Part shown: positions 8,842 through 17,715 of the stretch, piece by piece
How the letters are laid out: each line of letters begins with the position of its first letter
How positions within the stretch are numbered: position 1 is the stretch's first letter
Assembly (NCBI GenBank): GCA_013698305.1
Contig: JACCVC010000041.1
Coordinates: 1 to 44,716, forward strand
DNA: 44,716 bases
Source of the DNA: Chloroflexia bacterium
Lineage (GTDB): Bacteria > Chloroflexota > Chloroflexia > Thermomicrobiales > UBA6265
Direction: 5' to 3'
Notes under the pieces: model-generated
Seen by the model: only the letters and a program-made list of their open reading frames with translations
What the model was told of the DNA's origin: nothing
The model's database searches: none
Program-made: the position numbers and the translations under genes

Positions 8842-10281
8842 CTATTGCTTCCAGAATGACTCGACCGCGCCGCGGTCAGCCAGGATCTTCCGAATCCGCA
8901 ACATGGCGGTGTAGGTCGGCAGGATGTATCCCGAGCCTCCCGCCGATATCTGCTCGACGAACGCGTCGAGCGAGCTCTCGAACTCCTCCGGAAGCGGTGT
9001 CAGGCGATCTTCGGCGACTCCGGCGTACTTCAACCGGTTGGCCATATCCGCGCCTCGAATGCCGGTCGTCGCCAACTTGCCGTCACCATCCGCCAACAGC
9101 TCGAAGTCGACGTCCCACAGCCAGCTCACGTCACGCCCGTCGGCGTGGAGATCGTTGATCGCGATCAGCGTCGGCACCTCCAGCCCACCAGTCGCCACCG
9201 TCAGCATTCGCAGCACCTCGTTGAACCCGACTGGATTCTTGACCAGCGCCAGCGTGAGGGTGCGGTCACGGTACGTTACCCGTTCGATCCTTCCGAACGC
9301 GGACCGGAAGGCAGCCATCGACGCGATGATGGTGGGCATCGGCACGTCCATCACCCGGCCAACCGCCACCGCCGCCAGCACGTTGTAGGCGTTGTACACG
9401 CCCGGCACGCCGACATGGATCGCATGATCTCCGTCCGTGTCACGGATCGTGTCACGTACCGTCATGTCCAGCGATTCGACGCCGTTGAGCTGAATGTCCA
9501 AGCCGATGGCATCCAAATCGGGCCGCCGGTTGTCGCAGGAGGGGCAATACCAATCCCCAAGGTGGGACACGTATAGCGCGTGCCAGGCCAGATCGGCACC
9601 GCACACCCGGCACGCCGCCGCGTCGGAGGCATGTGAGAGCGACTCCAGCCGGTGCCGTTCCTCGTTGAATCCAAATCGAACCACTCGCGCCGCGACACCC
9701 GTGGTCAGGGCCGCCAGTGTAGGATCGTCGGCGTTGACCACGATGGTCGTCTCCGGGCCGAGGCGCTCAATCGCCGGTCGCCACTTGCGAGCGATGGTGT
9801 CCAACTCGCCGTAGCGGTCAAGCTGGTCCCGGAACAGATTGTTGAGCAGCAACGCGCGTGGCGAAACCCGCTCCAGCAGTTCTGGCAGGGCCGCTTCGTC
9901 GGCCTCGATCACGCCGGCATCGCCTCCGGGATCGCCGTTGAGCCGCGCCTGGCTGGCGAATGCCGAGATCACCCCTCGCACCAGGTTCGACCCGGAGCGG
10001 TTATGCACCGGTTTCATGCCACCGGCCTCGAGCAGGTCGGCGATCATGCGCGAGGTGGTGGTCTTGCCGTTGGTGCCCGCCACCGTTACCACGCCGTGTG
10101 CGAGGCGGTCGGTCAGCTTTGTCAGCAAGCCAACGTCGACCCGATCGGCCACCATGCCAGGCGCAGACGTGCCACCACCCCGACCCGCGACCTGGATGCC
10201 CCGTGCGACGCCCTTCGCCAGCAGGAGCGCCGCTGACAACCGTGGGTCGGGTCTAAACGCCCGGCGGTCATTCGTCGTCAT
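8842..10281 (-). CDS. murT: Lipid II isoglutaminyl synthase, Mur-ligase-like subunit (MurT, DUF1727 C-terminus)
   Basis: P-loop AGTNGKTTT. Cys4 ribbon CRVCG...CPSCD. C-terminal HADGRDVSWLWDVDFE motif. Confidence 0.88.
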   Translation of the reverse strand: MTTNDRRAFRPDPRLSAALLLAKGVARGIQVAGRGGGTSAPGMVADRVDVGLLTKLTDRLAHGVVTVAGTNGKTTTSRMIADLLEAGGMKPVHNRSGSNLVRGVISAFASQARLNGDPGGDAGVIEADEAALPELLERVSPRALLLNNLFRDQLDRYGELDTIARKWRPAIERLGPETTIVVNADDPTLAALTTGVAARVVRFGFNEERHRLESLSHASDAAACRVCGADLAWHALYVSHLGDWYCPSCDNRRPDLDAIGLDIQLNGVESLDMTVRDTIRDTDGDHAIHVGVPGVYNAYNVLAAVAVGRVMDVPMPTIIASMAAFRSAFGRIERVTYRDRTLTLALVKNPVGFNEVLRMLTVATGGLEVPTLIAINDLHADGRDVSWLWDVDFELLADGDGKLATTGIRGADMANRLKYAGVAEDRLTPLPEEFESSLDAFVEQISAGGSGYILPTYTAMLRIRKILADRGAVESFWKQ

Positions 10282-11086
10282 TTGGCGTGACCACCCACAC
10301 GGTCTCCAGCTCGTCGTATTCGACGGCGGGCCGCACTTCCAGCGTCAGGTCGCTGGTGCCTCCGGCCACGTCCGGGACCAGGATCACCGTCCCGATGATC
10401 AGGTTCGGCGGCACGCCGCGGGTTTCGGTGACGGCGCTTTCGGAGGTGACGACATACTCGCCTTCCTCTGGCTCCGCGTCCCGGTCGACATTCTCCATGA
10501 TCAGCCGTCCACCCTGCTGCCATCGGCCCGACACGATGCCATCGGCGCCACTATCCAGCAGCTGCGCCCCGACCGATGCGCTGGTGTCGCCGATGAACAT
10601 CACCTGGGCGGTGGTGTCCTCGACGTCGACCACCTGGCCGACATAGAAATCCGGATCGGTCACTGCCATCCCGATCTCGATGCCGTCGTCGGCGCCCCGG
10701 TCGATGATGAAGAAATACTGGGTTCCGGTAGCATCGCGAAGAAGCACATTCGCGGCCACGTAGTCAAGTTCCGGTCGTTCGGTTTCGACCCGCTCCTCTT
10801 CATCGAGAATCTCGAATTCGGCGATCTGGGCGACCAGGTTCGCGTTCTCGGCCAGAGCGGCGTCGAGTTCCGCTTGCGTTTGTTCCAGTTCTTGCTCCAG
10901 TTCGGTCTGATAACCGGGACCGTTCGCGATCGAGGCAAAGGTGCGCGAGATCGGCGTAATCACGCTCGCCAGCCCCTCCCGCAGCGGATCGAGCGCATCG
11001 CGCCGGTCGAGCAGGAGCAGGGACGTGCTGATCACCACGAAAATCCCGATCAGCGTCACGGTTTGTCTGAGCGTGAGCGTGGTCAT
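10268..11086 (-). CDS. mreC: Rod shape-determining protein MreC
   Basis: N-terminal TM, a coiled-coil (ELEQELEQTQAELDAALAENANLVAQIAEFE), then beta-rich domains. It lies downstream of mreB and overlaps the murT start by 14 nt. Confidence 0.85.
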   Translation of the reverse strand: MTTLTLRQTVTLIGIFVVISTSLLLLDRRDALDPLREGLASVITPISRTFASIANGPGYQTELEQELEQTQAELDAALAENANLVAQIAEFEILDEEERVETERPELDYVAANVLLRDATGTQYFFIIDRGADDGIEIGMAVTDPDFYVGQVVDVEDTTAQVMFIGDTSASVGAQLLDSGADGIVSGRWQQGGRLIMENVDRDAEPEEGEYVVTSESAVTETRGVPPNLIIGTVILVPDVAGGTSDLTLEVRPAVEYDELETVWVVTPNDDE

Positions 11087-11243
11087 GCGTTACCCTGAAC
11101 CGGATGTGAAATCAAGCAACTTCGAAGGGGCCGAACTGGAGCCTACCCTGAGCGCAGCCGAATGGGTCGGCCCGACCGCCGACGGCAGTTGTGCGAACGG
11201 GCGCGTGTGTGGGCCATGTACGCGTACGAAAAACGTCGACGAA

Positions 11244-12299
11244 TCAACCCCGGCGAAGCTCCTGGCCACCCGCGAGCGCCCGCTGATACAGATGCAACGA
11301 CTCGGCGACCTTGCCCGTTCCTCGCGCGACACAGGTGAGCGGATCCTCGGCGCGATGCACCGGCATCCGCAACTCGCTCTGCAACCGGCGGTCCAGCCCC
11401 ATCAGCAACGCGCCACCACCCGCGAGGGTGATGCCATGCTCCATGATGTCGGCGACCAACTCAGGCGGCGTTTCCTCGATTGCCGTCTTCACCAGCTCGA
11501 TAATCGTGTTGACCGGCTGCGAGATCGCGTCCCGCAACTCGACCGAGCTGACCTCGACCGCCTTCGGCAGGCCGGTGAGCAGGTCGCGGCCACGCAGTGG
11601 TACCCGCACCTCTTCCTCAAGCGGGTAGGCGGAGCCCGCCGCGATCTTGGCGTTCTCGGCGGTGCGCTCGCCGATCACGAGGTTGTGGTCGCGGCGAGCG
11701 TACTGGATCAGCGCGTCGTCAATCTCGTCGCCCGCCACCCGGATCGAGTGGTTGACGACGATGCCGCCGAGCGAGATCACGGCGACCTCCGTAGTGCCGC
11801 CACCAATGTCGACGATCATGCTGCCGATCGGCTCGTTGATCGGCAGGCCAGCGCCGATCGCGGCGGCCATCGGCTCCTCGATCGTATAGGCTTCACGCGC
11901 TCCCGCCGACAGGGCGGCATCCTTGGCGGCGCGTTTTTCGACTTCAGTGACGCCGCTGGGAATGCCGATCACGACGCGAGGGTGCGGCGCCATCAATCGC
12001 TGCATGTGTACCTTGCGGATGAAGTAGTGGAGCATCATTTCGACCGTATCGAAATCGGCGATCACGCCGTCCTTGAGCGGGCGCACCGCAATGATCGAAT
12101 CGGGCGTCTTGCCCATCATCGCCTTGGCTTCCATGCCCACCCACAAGGCGCGTTTGGTCTTGGTGTCGATCGCCACCACCGATGGTTCCGAGATGACGAT
12201 GCCCTTGCCGCGAACGTAGACAAGCGTATTCGCCGTTCCGAGGTCGATGCCAAGGTCCCGGCTGAACAAGCCGAACAGCGCAGATAGGGGACGGAACAA
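11244..12299 (-). CDS. mreB: Rod shape-determining actin homologue MreB
   Basis: Motifs FSRDLGIDLGTANTLVY, DIGGGTTEVAV and GGGALL. I prefer the TTG at 12299, which has GGAGG 9 nt upstream. The ATG at 12347 (track start) has no RBS. Confidence 0.9.
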   Translation of the reverse strand: MFRPLSALFGLFSRDLGIDLGTANTLVYVRGKGIVISEPSVVAIDTKTKRALWVGMEAKAMMGKTPDSIIAVRPLKDGVIADFDTVEMMLHYFIRKVHMQRLMAPHPRVVIGIPSGVTEVEKRAAKDAALSAGAREAYTIEEPMAAAIGAGLPINEPIGSMIVDIGGGTTEVAVISLGGIVVNHSIRVAGDEIDDALIQYARRDHNLVIGERTAENAKIAAGSAYPLEEEVRVPLRGRDLLTGLPKAVEVSSVELRDAISQPVNTIIELVKTAIEETPPELVADIMEHGITLAGGGALLMGLDRRLQSELRMPVHRAEDPLTCVARGTGKVAESLHLYQRALAGGQELRRG

Positions 12300-12582
12300 G
12301 GCCGCAAACCTCCGGGAAGTATCCCCGCGCGCCGGATGACGGCGCATGGCAAGGAGAGTGCTACAACGTGTCGTGGAATCGGTGCGGGAAAGACGGGCAA
12401 GAGGTCGTTAATGCAGCCACATCGGAGGCAGGGAACGCGACCCATTGCTCTCTATAGTCCGCAGGGGAGTATATCATGCACGTTCGTTCCCTCTTGCCTT
12501 TGCGCTCGATCACCGCGACGATACGGCTAGTTGCGACCAGCAGCAGTGGCAGGACTTCGGCTTCACGCAAAGGAACGCGCAG

Positions 12583-13398
12583 ATGCAAACTACCTCCACA
12601 TCGGAAAGCGTCGTCGATTGGGGACCTTTGGCGGCCGAGCTTGCCAGGATTCCCGAGACCATGCGGGTCTCGATCTTCGCGCGTGATCTCGAGGGCGGCA
12701 GCACGCTCGAGCACGACGCTGATCGGGCGATGACCGCGGCAAGCACGATCAAGACGTTGATCCTGGTCGCCGTCGCTCGCGCCATTGACGCCGGATCGGT
12801 CACACTCGACACGCCAGTCACCGTCACCGATACCATGCGGATCGGCGGCTCCGGCGTGCTGAACTGGCTGCATGACGGCATCACCCTGCCGGTGGAAGAC
12901 CTGGCATGGCTGATGATCGCGATCTCCGACAACTCTGCCTCTAACGCGTTGATCGAAGTCGCGGGGCTCGACAAGATCCAGCACCTCGCCCACGAGATTG
13001 ACGTCCCAACGCTCCATCTGGCTCGCCCCTTCCTGGGCCGCGCTCCCGCCGATGGGCAAAACCGAAACCAGGTCACCGCCCGTGGCCTGACCGACCTGCT
13101 CACCGCGATCTGGAACGACACCGCCGCTTCCCCGGAGCGATGCGCCTGGATGCGAAAGCTGCATGGCGACCAGCAGCACACGGATCGGCTCGCCCGCGAC
13201 CTTTCCGATGGCGTTCTCTATGCGGGCAAGACCGGGACCTTGAAGGGGGTGTCGCACGACTGCGGCGTCATCACTGGGCCGTCCGGGACGATTGTGATCA
13301 GCGTGCTGGTCGAGAGCGATGCCACCTCCTACGACGACGACGCGTTCATCGGTTCGCTCGGCCAGGCCGTCGCGGAGATGGTTTCAAACGAAAGGTAA
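12583..13398 (+). CDS. Class A beta-lactamase-like serine hydrolase, no recognisable signal peptide
   Basis: Motifs S-T-I-K (SxxK), SDN and KTG (GKTGTL). The start ATG at 12583 is preceded by AAAGGA. The upstream part of the track ORF looks non-coding. Confidence 0.78.
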   Translation: MQTTSTSESVVDWGPLAAELARIPETMRVSIFARDLEGGSTLEHDADRAMTAASTIKTLILVAVARAIDAGSVTLDTPVTVTDTMRIGGSGVLNWLHDGITLPVEDLAWLMIAISDNSASNALIEVAGLDKIQHLAHEIDVPTLHLARPFLGRAPADGQNRNQVTARGLTDLLTAIWNDTAASPERCAWMRKLHGDQQHTDRLARDLSDGVLYAGKTGTLKGVSHDCGVITGPSGTIVISVLVESDATSYDDDAFIGSLGQAVAEMVSNER

Positions 13399-13404
13399 GT
13401 CCAC

Positions 13405-14577
13405 ATGCGCATCACCGGCGTTTCCACCTACATTGTCGGCAATCCCTGGAAGAACTGGCTCTTCACGCGCCTCGAAACCGATCAGGACGGTCTCTACGGC
13501 ATCGGCGAGGGCACGCTCAATGGATTCGCCAAATCGGCCGAGGCGGTAATTCACGAGCTCACGCCCCGTTTCGTCGGCACCGACCCGTTCCAGATCGAGA
13601 CGATCATCCAGCGAATGACCCGCGACCTCTACTCCGAGGGCGGCCAGCTTCAAATGAATGCGGTTGCCGCGATCGAGGTCGCGTGCTGGGATATCATTGG
13701 CAAGGTTACGGGCCGCCCGATCTACGACCTGATCGGCGGGCGCTATCATGAATCACTGCCCGCCTACGCCAACGGCTGGTACGCCGGGCCGCGCACGCCG
13801 GAGTCGTTCGCGGAGCGGGCGAAGGAGGTCGTCGACGCCGGGTACAAGGCGCTCAAGTTCGACCCGTTCGGCGCAAACTGGCGCACGATGACGCTGCCGG
13901 AGCGCCACCTGTCGATCGACATCGTCCGCGCTGTGCGCGAGTCGGTTGGACCCGAGGTCGAGATCATGATCGAGGTCCACAGCCGGCTTAGCGTCTCGGA
14001 AGCCGTCTGGATCGGGGAGCGGATGGCCGAGTTTGAGCCGACCTGGTTCGAGGAACCGACCGGTCACCAGAACATCGCCAGCACTGTCGAAGTCGCCCGC
14101 AAGCTGAGCGTCCCGGTGGCGACCGGCGAAAGCTTCTCCAGCCCGCAGCAATTCGCGGAGCTGCTGTCCCATGACGCGGTTCATATTCTCCAGCCGGAGC
14201 CTGGCAACATGGGCGGTATCTGGCGTACCCGGCAGGTCGCCGCGATGGCCGACGCACACTACGGCGTGGTCGCCCCGCACAACGCCCAGGGGCCGATCTC
14301 CACCGCCACCTGCATCCAGGTCAGCGCCGCCTGCCCGAACCTGCTGGTGCAGGAGATCTTCGACGAGTACAACGTCGAGTGGGAGCGAGAGATCGTCGAC
14401 TTCCATTCCGAGGTGATCGACGGTTGCATCACCATCCCGAACCGCCCTGGACTCGGCGTCGAGCTCAACTGGAAGGAGCTCGAGAAGCACCCCTACGAGG
14501 TCAGCAACTTCCTGCCGCTGTTCGCCCCCGGTTGGGAACGCCGCGAGGGTGAGCGCCCGCAACTCGATCCGGACTGA
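13405..14577 (+). CDS. Enolase-superfamily enzyme (mandelate racemase/muconate lactonizing family; galactonate/mannonate dehydratase-like)
   Basis: MRITGVSTYIVGNPWKNWLFTRLETDQDGLYGIGEG..., AIEVACWDIIGKVTGRPIYDLIGG and the later acid-sugar dehydratase-like pattern. It starts 7 nt after the preceding stop. Confidence 0.82.
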   Translation: MRITGVSTYIVGNPWKNWLFTRLETDQDGLYGIGEGTLNGFAKSAEAVIHELTPRFVGTDPFQIETIIQRMTRDLYSEGGQLQMNAVAAIEVACWDIIGKVTGRPIYDLIGGRYHESLPAYANGWYAGPRTPESFAERAKEVVDAGYKALKFDPFGANWRTMTLPERHLSIDIVRAVRESVGPEVEIMIEVHSRLSVSEAVWIGERMAEFEPTWFEEPTGHQNIASTVEVARKLSVPVATGESFSSPQQFAELLSHDAVHILQPEPGNMGGIWRTRQVAAMADAHYGVVAPHNAQGPISTATCIQVSAACPNLLVQEIFDEYNVEWEREIVDFHSEVIDGCITIPNRPGLGVELNWKELEKHPYEVSNFLPLFAPGWERREGERPQLDPD

Positions 14578-14642
14578 ATCTCATCTCGCGTCGGCTCGAG
14601 TCGCCTGATCAGCAATCTCACAACCTGACTATTGCCGCGTCA

Positions 14643-14670
14643 GTAGGGCAGAGTAGGGGCGTCCTGCTCC
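14643..14670. repeat. Degenerate REP-like element (two GTAG heads, weak 5-bp stem)
   Basis: Sequence GTAGGGCAGAGTAGGGGCGTCCTGCTCC. Only GGGGC/GCTCC pairing is possible, with one G-T wobble. Confidence 0.35.
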
Positions 14671-14716
14671 GATTAACTCGTGCGAGTTACCGTTCCGATC
14701 AGGGAGAAGCCAACCA

Positions 14717-15265
14717 ATGCCGCCTCTTGTCATGACCGAACGCGGCAGCGCCGTGTTGCCGGGCGGAACCGAACGGCTGTCGTTCACGACCATGATCGAG
14801 CGCAACGGCAGCGATCTGTATCGTTTCTCCTGGTCGATCACCGGTAACCCGCACGACGCCGATGACGTCTATCAGGAGACGCTGCTGAAAGCCTTCAAGG
14901 CGTGGAAGCGGTTGCCGGGTGACGCCAACCACCGCGCCTGGCTGTTCCGGATCGCCTCCAACACCTGGATCAGCGACCGCCGCAAGCAACAGCGCTTGCA
15001 GGAGCTTGGCGACGAGGCCAACGCCATTCCCGCCCGCGACCCGGACGCCGCCCGCCAGCTCGACGCCCGCGACACCCTGCGGGAGGTGACATCGGCGATC
15101 GCCCTGCTGCCGGCCAAGCAGCGCACCGCCCTGATCCTCCGCAAATACCACGATATGGAGTACGCCGAGATCGGCGACGTGCTCGACTGTACTGAGGAAG
15201 CGGCCCGCGCCAGCGTCTACCAGGCGCTCAGGAAACTCCGAGCCGAATTCGCCACCGCGCTGTGA
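14717..15265 (+). CDS. ECF-type RNA polymerase sigma-70 family factor
   Basis: Region 2 DADDVYQETLLKAFKAW...WLFRIASNTWISDRR. Region 4 LPAKQRTALILRKYHDMEYAEIGDVLDCTEEAARASVYQALRKLR. RBS GGGAGAAG is present. Confidence 0.9.
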   Translation: MPPLVMTERGSAVLPGGTERLSFTTMIERNGSDLYRFSWSITGNPHDADDVYQETLLKAFKAWKRLPGDANHRAWLFRIASNTWISDRRKQQRLQELGDEANAIPARDPDAARQLDARDTLREVTSAIALLPAKQRTALILRKYHDMEYAEIGDVLDCTEEAARASVYQALRKLRAEFATAL

Positions 15266-16107
15266 CACCCTGCTCTGGTAGCGTCGGGTCTTGTTCCCGA
15301 CCATCGACCGAAAGGACCTGCACCTCCATGAACCGCACTCCAACCATCCACCTACCGCCAGTACCCGGCGCGGTCATCGCCGCGATGGATACCGCGGATG
15401 ATCCCTGCGACGTCGTCGAGGACGCCATGCCCGCCCTCGTGATCGGTGATCTCGACCAACCCGATCAATCGGCGATGTCGGCGCACATCGCCGCCTGCAA
15501 CTCCTGTCGGGAGGTTCAGCAGGACTGGGAGCGGGAGCTTTCGTCCCCGGCGCCACCTGACGAAGCCGCGCTGCCGGAAGCCGCAGCCGCGCTGGGCCTG
15601 CGCCGGGGGCACTACGGGTTCATGGACAGCCCGGTCGGTGACCTGCTGCTGGTCGTGACTGACTTCGGCATCTGCGATGTCAGCTACCTCATCAATCACG
15701 ATCGGGAGGATCGGTTCGGGGAGCTGGAAGGGCGGGGCATTCTCGCCACGGAGAGGGCGGCCAGCGTGGCCGGCGTCAAGGATGAGCTCGTGGAGTACTT
15801 CGGCGGGCAGCGCAACGCGTTCTCGGTCCCGGTCGATCTCTACGGCGTCACCCCATTCACCCGCGGCGTCCTGGAGGCGACGTCGGATGTGCCGTTCGGT
15901 AATCTCCGCACCTACCGAAGTGTCGCCGCCGCGATCGGCAACCCCAGGGCGTCACGCGCGGTCGGGAACGCGCTCGGTCGCAACCCGATACCAGTGATCG
16001 TGCCCTGCCATCGCGTCGTCCGGTCGGACGGGTCGATGGGCTGGTACACCGGCGGGGTTGCTATAAAACGCACCTTGCTGACCATTGAGGGCGTGACGTT
16101 TATGTAG
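15262..16107 (+). CDS. Fusion protein: N-terminal zinc-binding anti-sigma (ZAS, zf-HC2-like) domain plus a complete methylated-DNA-protein-cysteine methyltransferase (MGMT/Ogt)
   Basis: The GTG at 15262 overlaps the sigma stop (GTGA); an alternative ATG is at 15328. The HxxxCxxC motif HIAACNSC is at 15484-15507. The C-terminal roughly 165 aa form an MGMT N-domain plus DNA-binding domain, with active site PCHRV at 16003-16017. No TM segment is present. Confidence 0.8.
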   Translation: MTPCSGSVGSCSRPSTERTCTSMNRTPTIHLPPVPGAVIAAMDTADDPCDVVEDAMPALVIGDLDQPDQSAMSAHIAACNSCREVQQDWERELSSPAPPDEAALPEAAAALGLRRGHYGFMDSPVGDLLLVVTDFGICDVSYLINHDREDRFGELEGRGILATERAASVAGVKDELVEYFGGQRNAFSVPVDLYGVTPFTRGVLEATSDVPFGNLRTYRSVAAAIGNPRASRAVGNALGRNPIPVIVPCHRVVRSDGSMGWYTGGVAIKRTLLTIEGVTFM

Positions 16108-16129
16108 CCTCGGACTTCGATGTCCGAGG
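16104..16129. repeat. REP-like hairpin whose GTAG head contains the stop codon of the preceding gene
   Basis: Sequence GTAG-CCTCGGAC-TTCGAT-GTCCGAGG, a perfect 8-bp stem. TAG at 16105-16107 is the stop of the anti-sigma/MGMT gene. Confidence 0.75.
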
Positions 16130-16168
16130 TTGGTGTGGGGCCAATTCAGACCTCTTGTGCGGTCTCTA

Positions 16169-16933
16169 TTACCAATTTCGTTGCCCGTCATGGCGCGCTC
16201 GGACACCTCGGTCCGGGCCTACGGATATCAACCCTAAATCCCGCAACGCCCGCCACGTCGATGGCGCGGCCTGGCCGTCGTCTATGGCCAGATGCTCCCT
16301 CAGCCGTTCGAGATCGTCCTCGACATCGACATCGAACGTCTCCGGCGCCTCCGCCACCCGCAGCCCAAGCGCACGGGCATGGTCGATCACGCCGTCCGCC
16401 GCCGAGGCGGTGCTCATCTCAACGCCCTGCACGATCTCCTGAAACCCGCGTTGGCCGATCAGGTAGTAGCCACCGTCCAGCACCCGCCCGATCACCACAT
16501 CGCTCTCGACCAACGCCTCGAACGCCCGCAACAGGACCTCGCGTTCGATTTGGGGAGAATCCGACGCGATCAGGAGCGTCCTGGCGTAGCCTCCATTCGA
16601 TCCCCATTCCAGCAACGCGCTCTGCCGGGCGCTCCAATCTTCGTCGTCGATCTGCGGCACATAGTGGACATGCTCCGGTGCCTTGCCGGTAGCCTGCCGC
16701 AGCTCGTCCCGGAAGTCGATGTCGGGTGGGGAGTGGGTCCACGCCAGGTCGTACTCAGGATTGCCATCGTCAACGTCCGGCGTCAACCGGGCGGCGAGGT
16801 CGCGCAGGAACGCCGAGTACAGCTTCGCCGCCCGCTCCATCCCGATCGCGCGTCCCAGGCGCGTCTTGGTCGCTCCGGCGTGGGGCGCGCGGGCGGCGAT
16901 CATCACCAGGCAGTCGCTGCGTCGTTCGATCAT
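16169..16933 (-). CDS. DUF2064 (TIGR04282-type) nucleotidyl/glycosyl-transferase-like protein
   Basis: N-terminus MIAARAPHAGATKTRLGRAIG...AAKLYSAFLRDL and DGGYYLIG are typical of DUF2064. The ATGA overlap with the upstream GT2 suggests translational coupling. Confidence 0.7.
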   Translation of the reverse strand: MIERRSDCLVMIAARAPHAGATKTRLGRAIGMERAAKLYSAFLRDLAARLTPDVDDGNPEYDLAWTHSPPDIDFRDELRQATGKAPEHVHYVPQIDDEDWSARQSALLEWGSNGGYARTLLIASDSPQIEREVLLRAFEALVESDVVIGRVLDGGYYLIGQRGFQEIVQGVEMSTASAADGVIDHARALGLRVAEAPETFDVDVEDDLERLREHLAIDDGQAAPSTWRALRDLGLISVGPDRGVRARHDGQRNW

Positions 16934-17715
16934 CGCTCGCTGCTGCCTTGCTGCTTGATCGCTTCGGCGAGGTCGGGTGGTAGTGGGCTATCGTCCTTCC
17001 GCGCCCGGAAGATCGCCATGATGATCCTGTACCCCGCCTTCAATGACGCCTTGACGTTGCCGCTGACCTTGGAGACGCCTCCGCTCCGTTTCCGGTAGCT
17101 CACCGGCACTTCGCTTACGGTCAGGTCGTTGCGGGCGGCGCGGACGATCATCTCGATCGACCAGCCGTAGGTCATCTCCCGCATGCCAAGCCGCATCAGG
17201 TCGCTTTTGCGAATGACTCGAAACGGCCCGATATCGGTCAGGCTCACGCCATGGAATCGCTTGACGAGAAATGCCGCCACCCGGTTGCCGACGATCTGCT
17301 GCGGCATCAACGATCCAGGCTCGAAGCTTCCCCGGATGCGTGATCCCACCACCAGGTCAGCCTCGCCGGCCAGCAACGGCGCGACGAGCAGCGGGAGTTC
17401 CGCCGGTCGGTCGCAGCGGTCACCGTCCATCAGCACGATCAGGTCGACCGGACCGCTGGCCAGCACGCCGCTCAGGCAGGCGCGTCCGTAGCCAGGCGTT
17501 GGTTCCGTCACGATGCGCGCTCCCGCCTGGGCCGCCACCCGCGCCGTGCTATCGGAAGAGCCGTTGTCGACCACCAGGATATTTACGATCTCGACCGGAT
17601 TCTCTGCATCGTCGGCAATCGCCCGGATCTCGGCGACCAGTTCCCCGATCGACTCTTCCTCGTTGAGACAGGGGATCACCACCGCGGCGGTGAGTCGCTT
17701 TTCACCAGTCGTCAT
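16930..17715 (-). CDS. Family 2 glycosyltransferase, polyprenyl-phosphate sugar synthase-like (DPM1/ArnC-like)
   Basis: Motifs AVVIPCLNEEESIG, VVDNGSSDST, LMDGD and a C-terminal amphipathic/basic tail. It has 4-nt overlaps with both neighbours. Confidence 0.8.
   Translation of the reverse strand: MTTGEKRLTAAVVIPCLNEEESIGELVAEIRAIADDAENPVEIVNILVVDNGSSDSTARVAAQAGARIVTEPTPGYGRACLSGVLASGPVDLIVLMDGDRCDRPAELPLLVAPLLAGEADLVVGSRIRGSFEPGSLMPQQIVGNRVAAFLVKRFHGVSLTDIGPFRVIRKSDLMRLGMREMTYGWSIEMIVRAARNDLTVSEVPVSYRKRSGGVSKVSGNVKASLKAGYRIIMAIFRARKDDSPLPPDLAEAIKQQGSSER

Noticed and set aside
9839-12287. Two long plus-strand ORFs (419 aa and 448 aa) over murT, mreC and mreB
   Set aside because: They are antisense to genes with unambiguous motifs. 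The translations are Arg/Pro/Ala-rich with no recognisable domains.
12361-13257. 298-aa minus-strand ORF overlapping the beta-lactamase-like gene
   Set aside because: The plus strand carries the SxxK/SDN/KTG motifs, so this is an antisense shadow frame.
14622-14641. Possible autoregulated ECF promoter (AAC ... CGTC) upstream of the sigma gene
   Set aside because: The spacer between the AAC and CGTC elements is only 13 nt, against the usual 16-17 nt or so. The -10-like part also overlaps a degenerate REP. The support is not sufficient.
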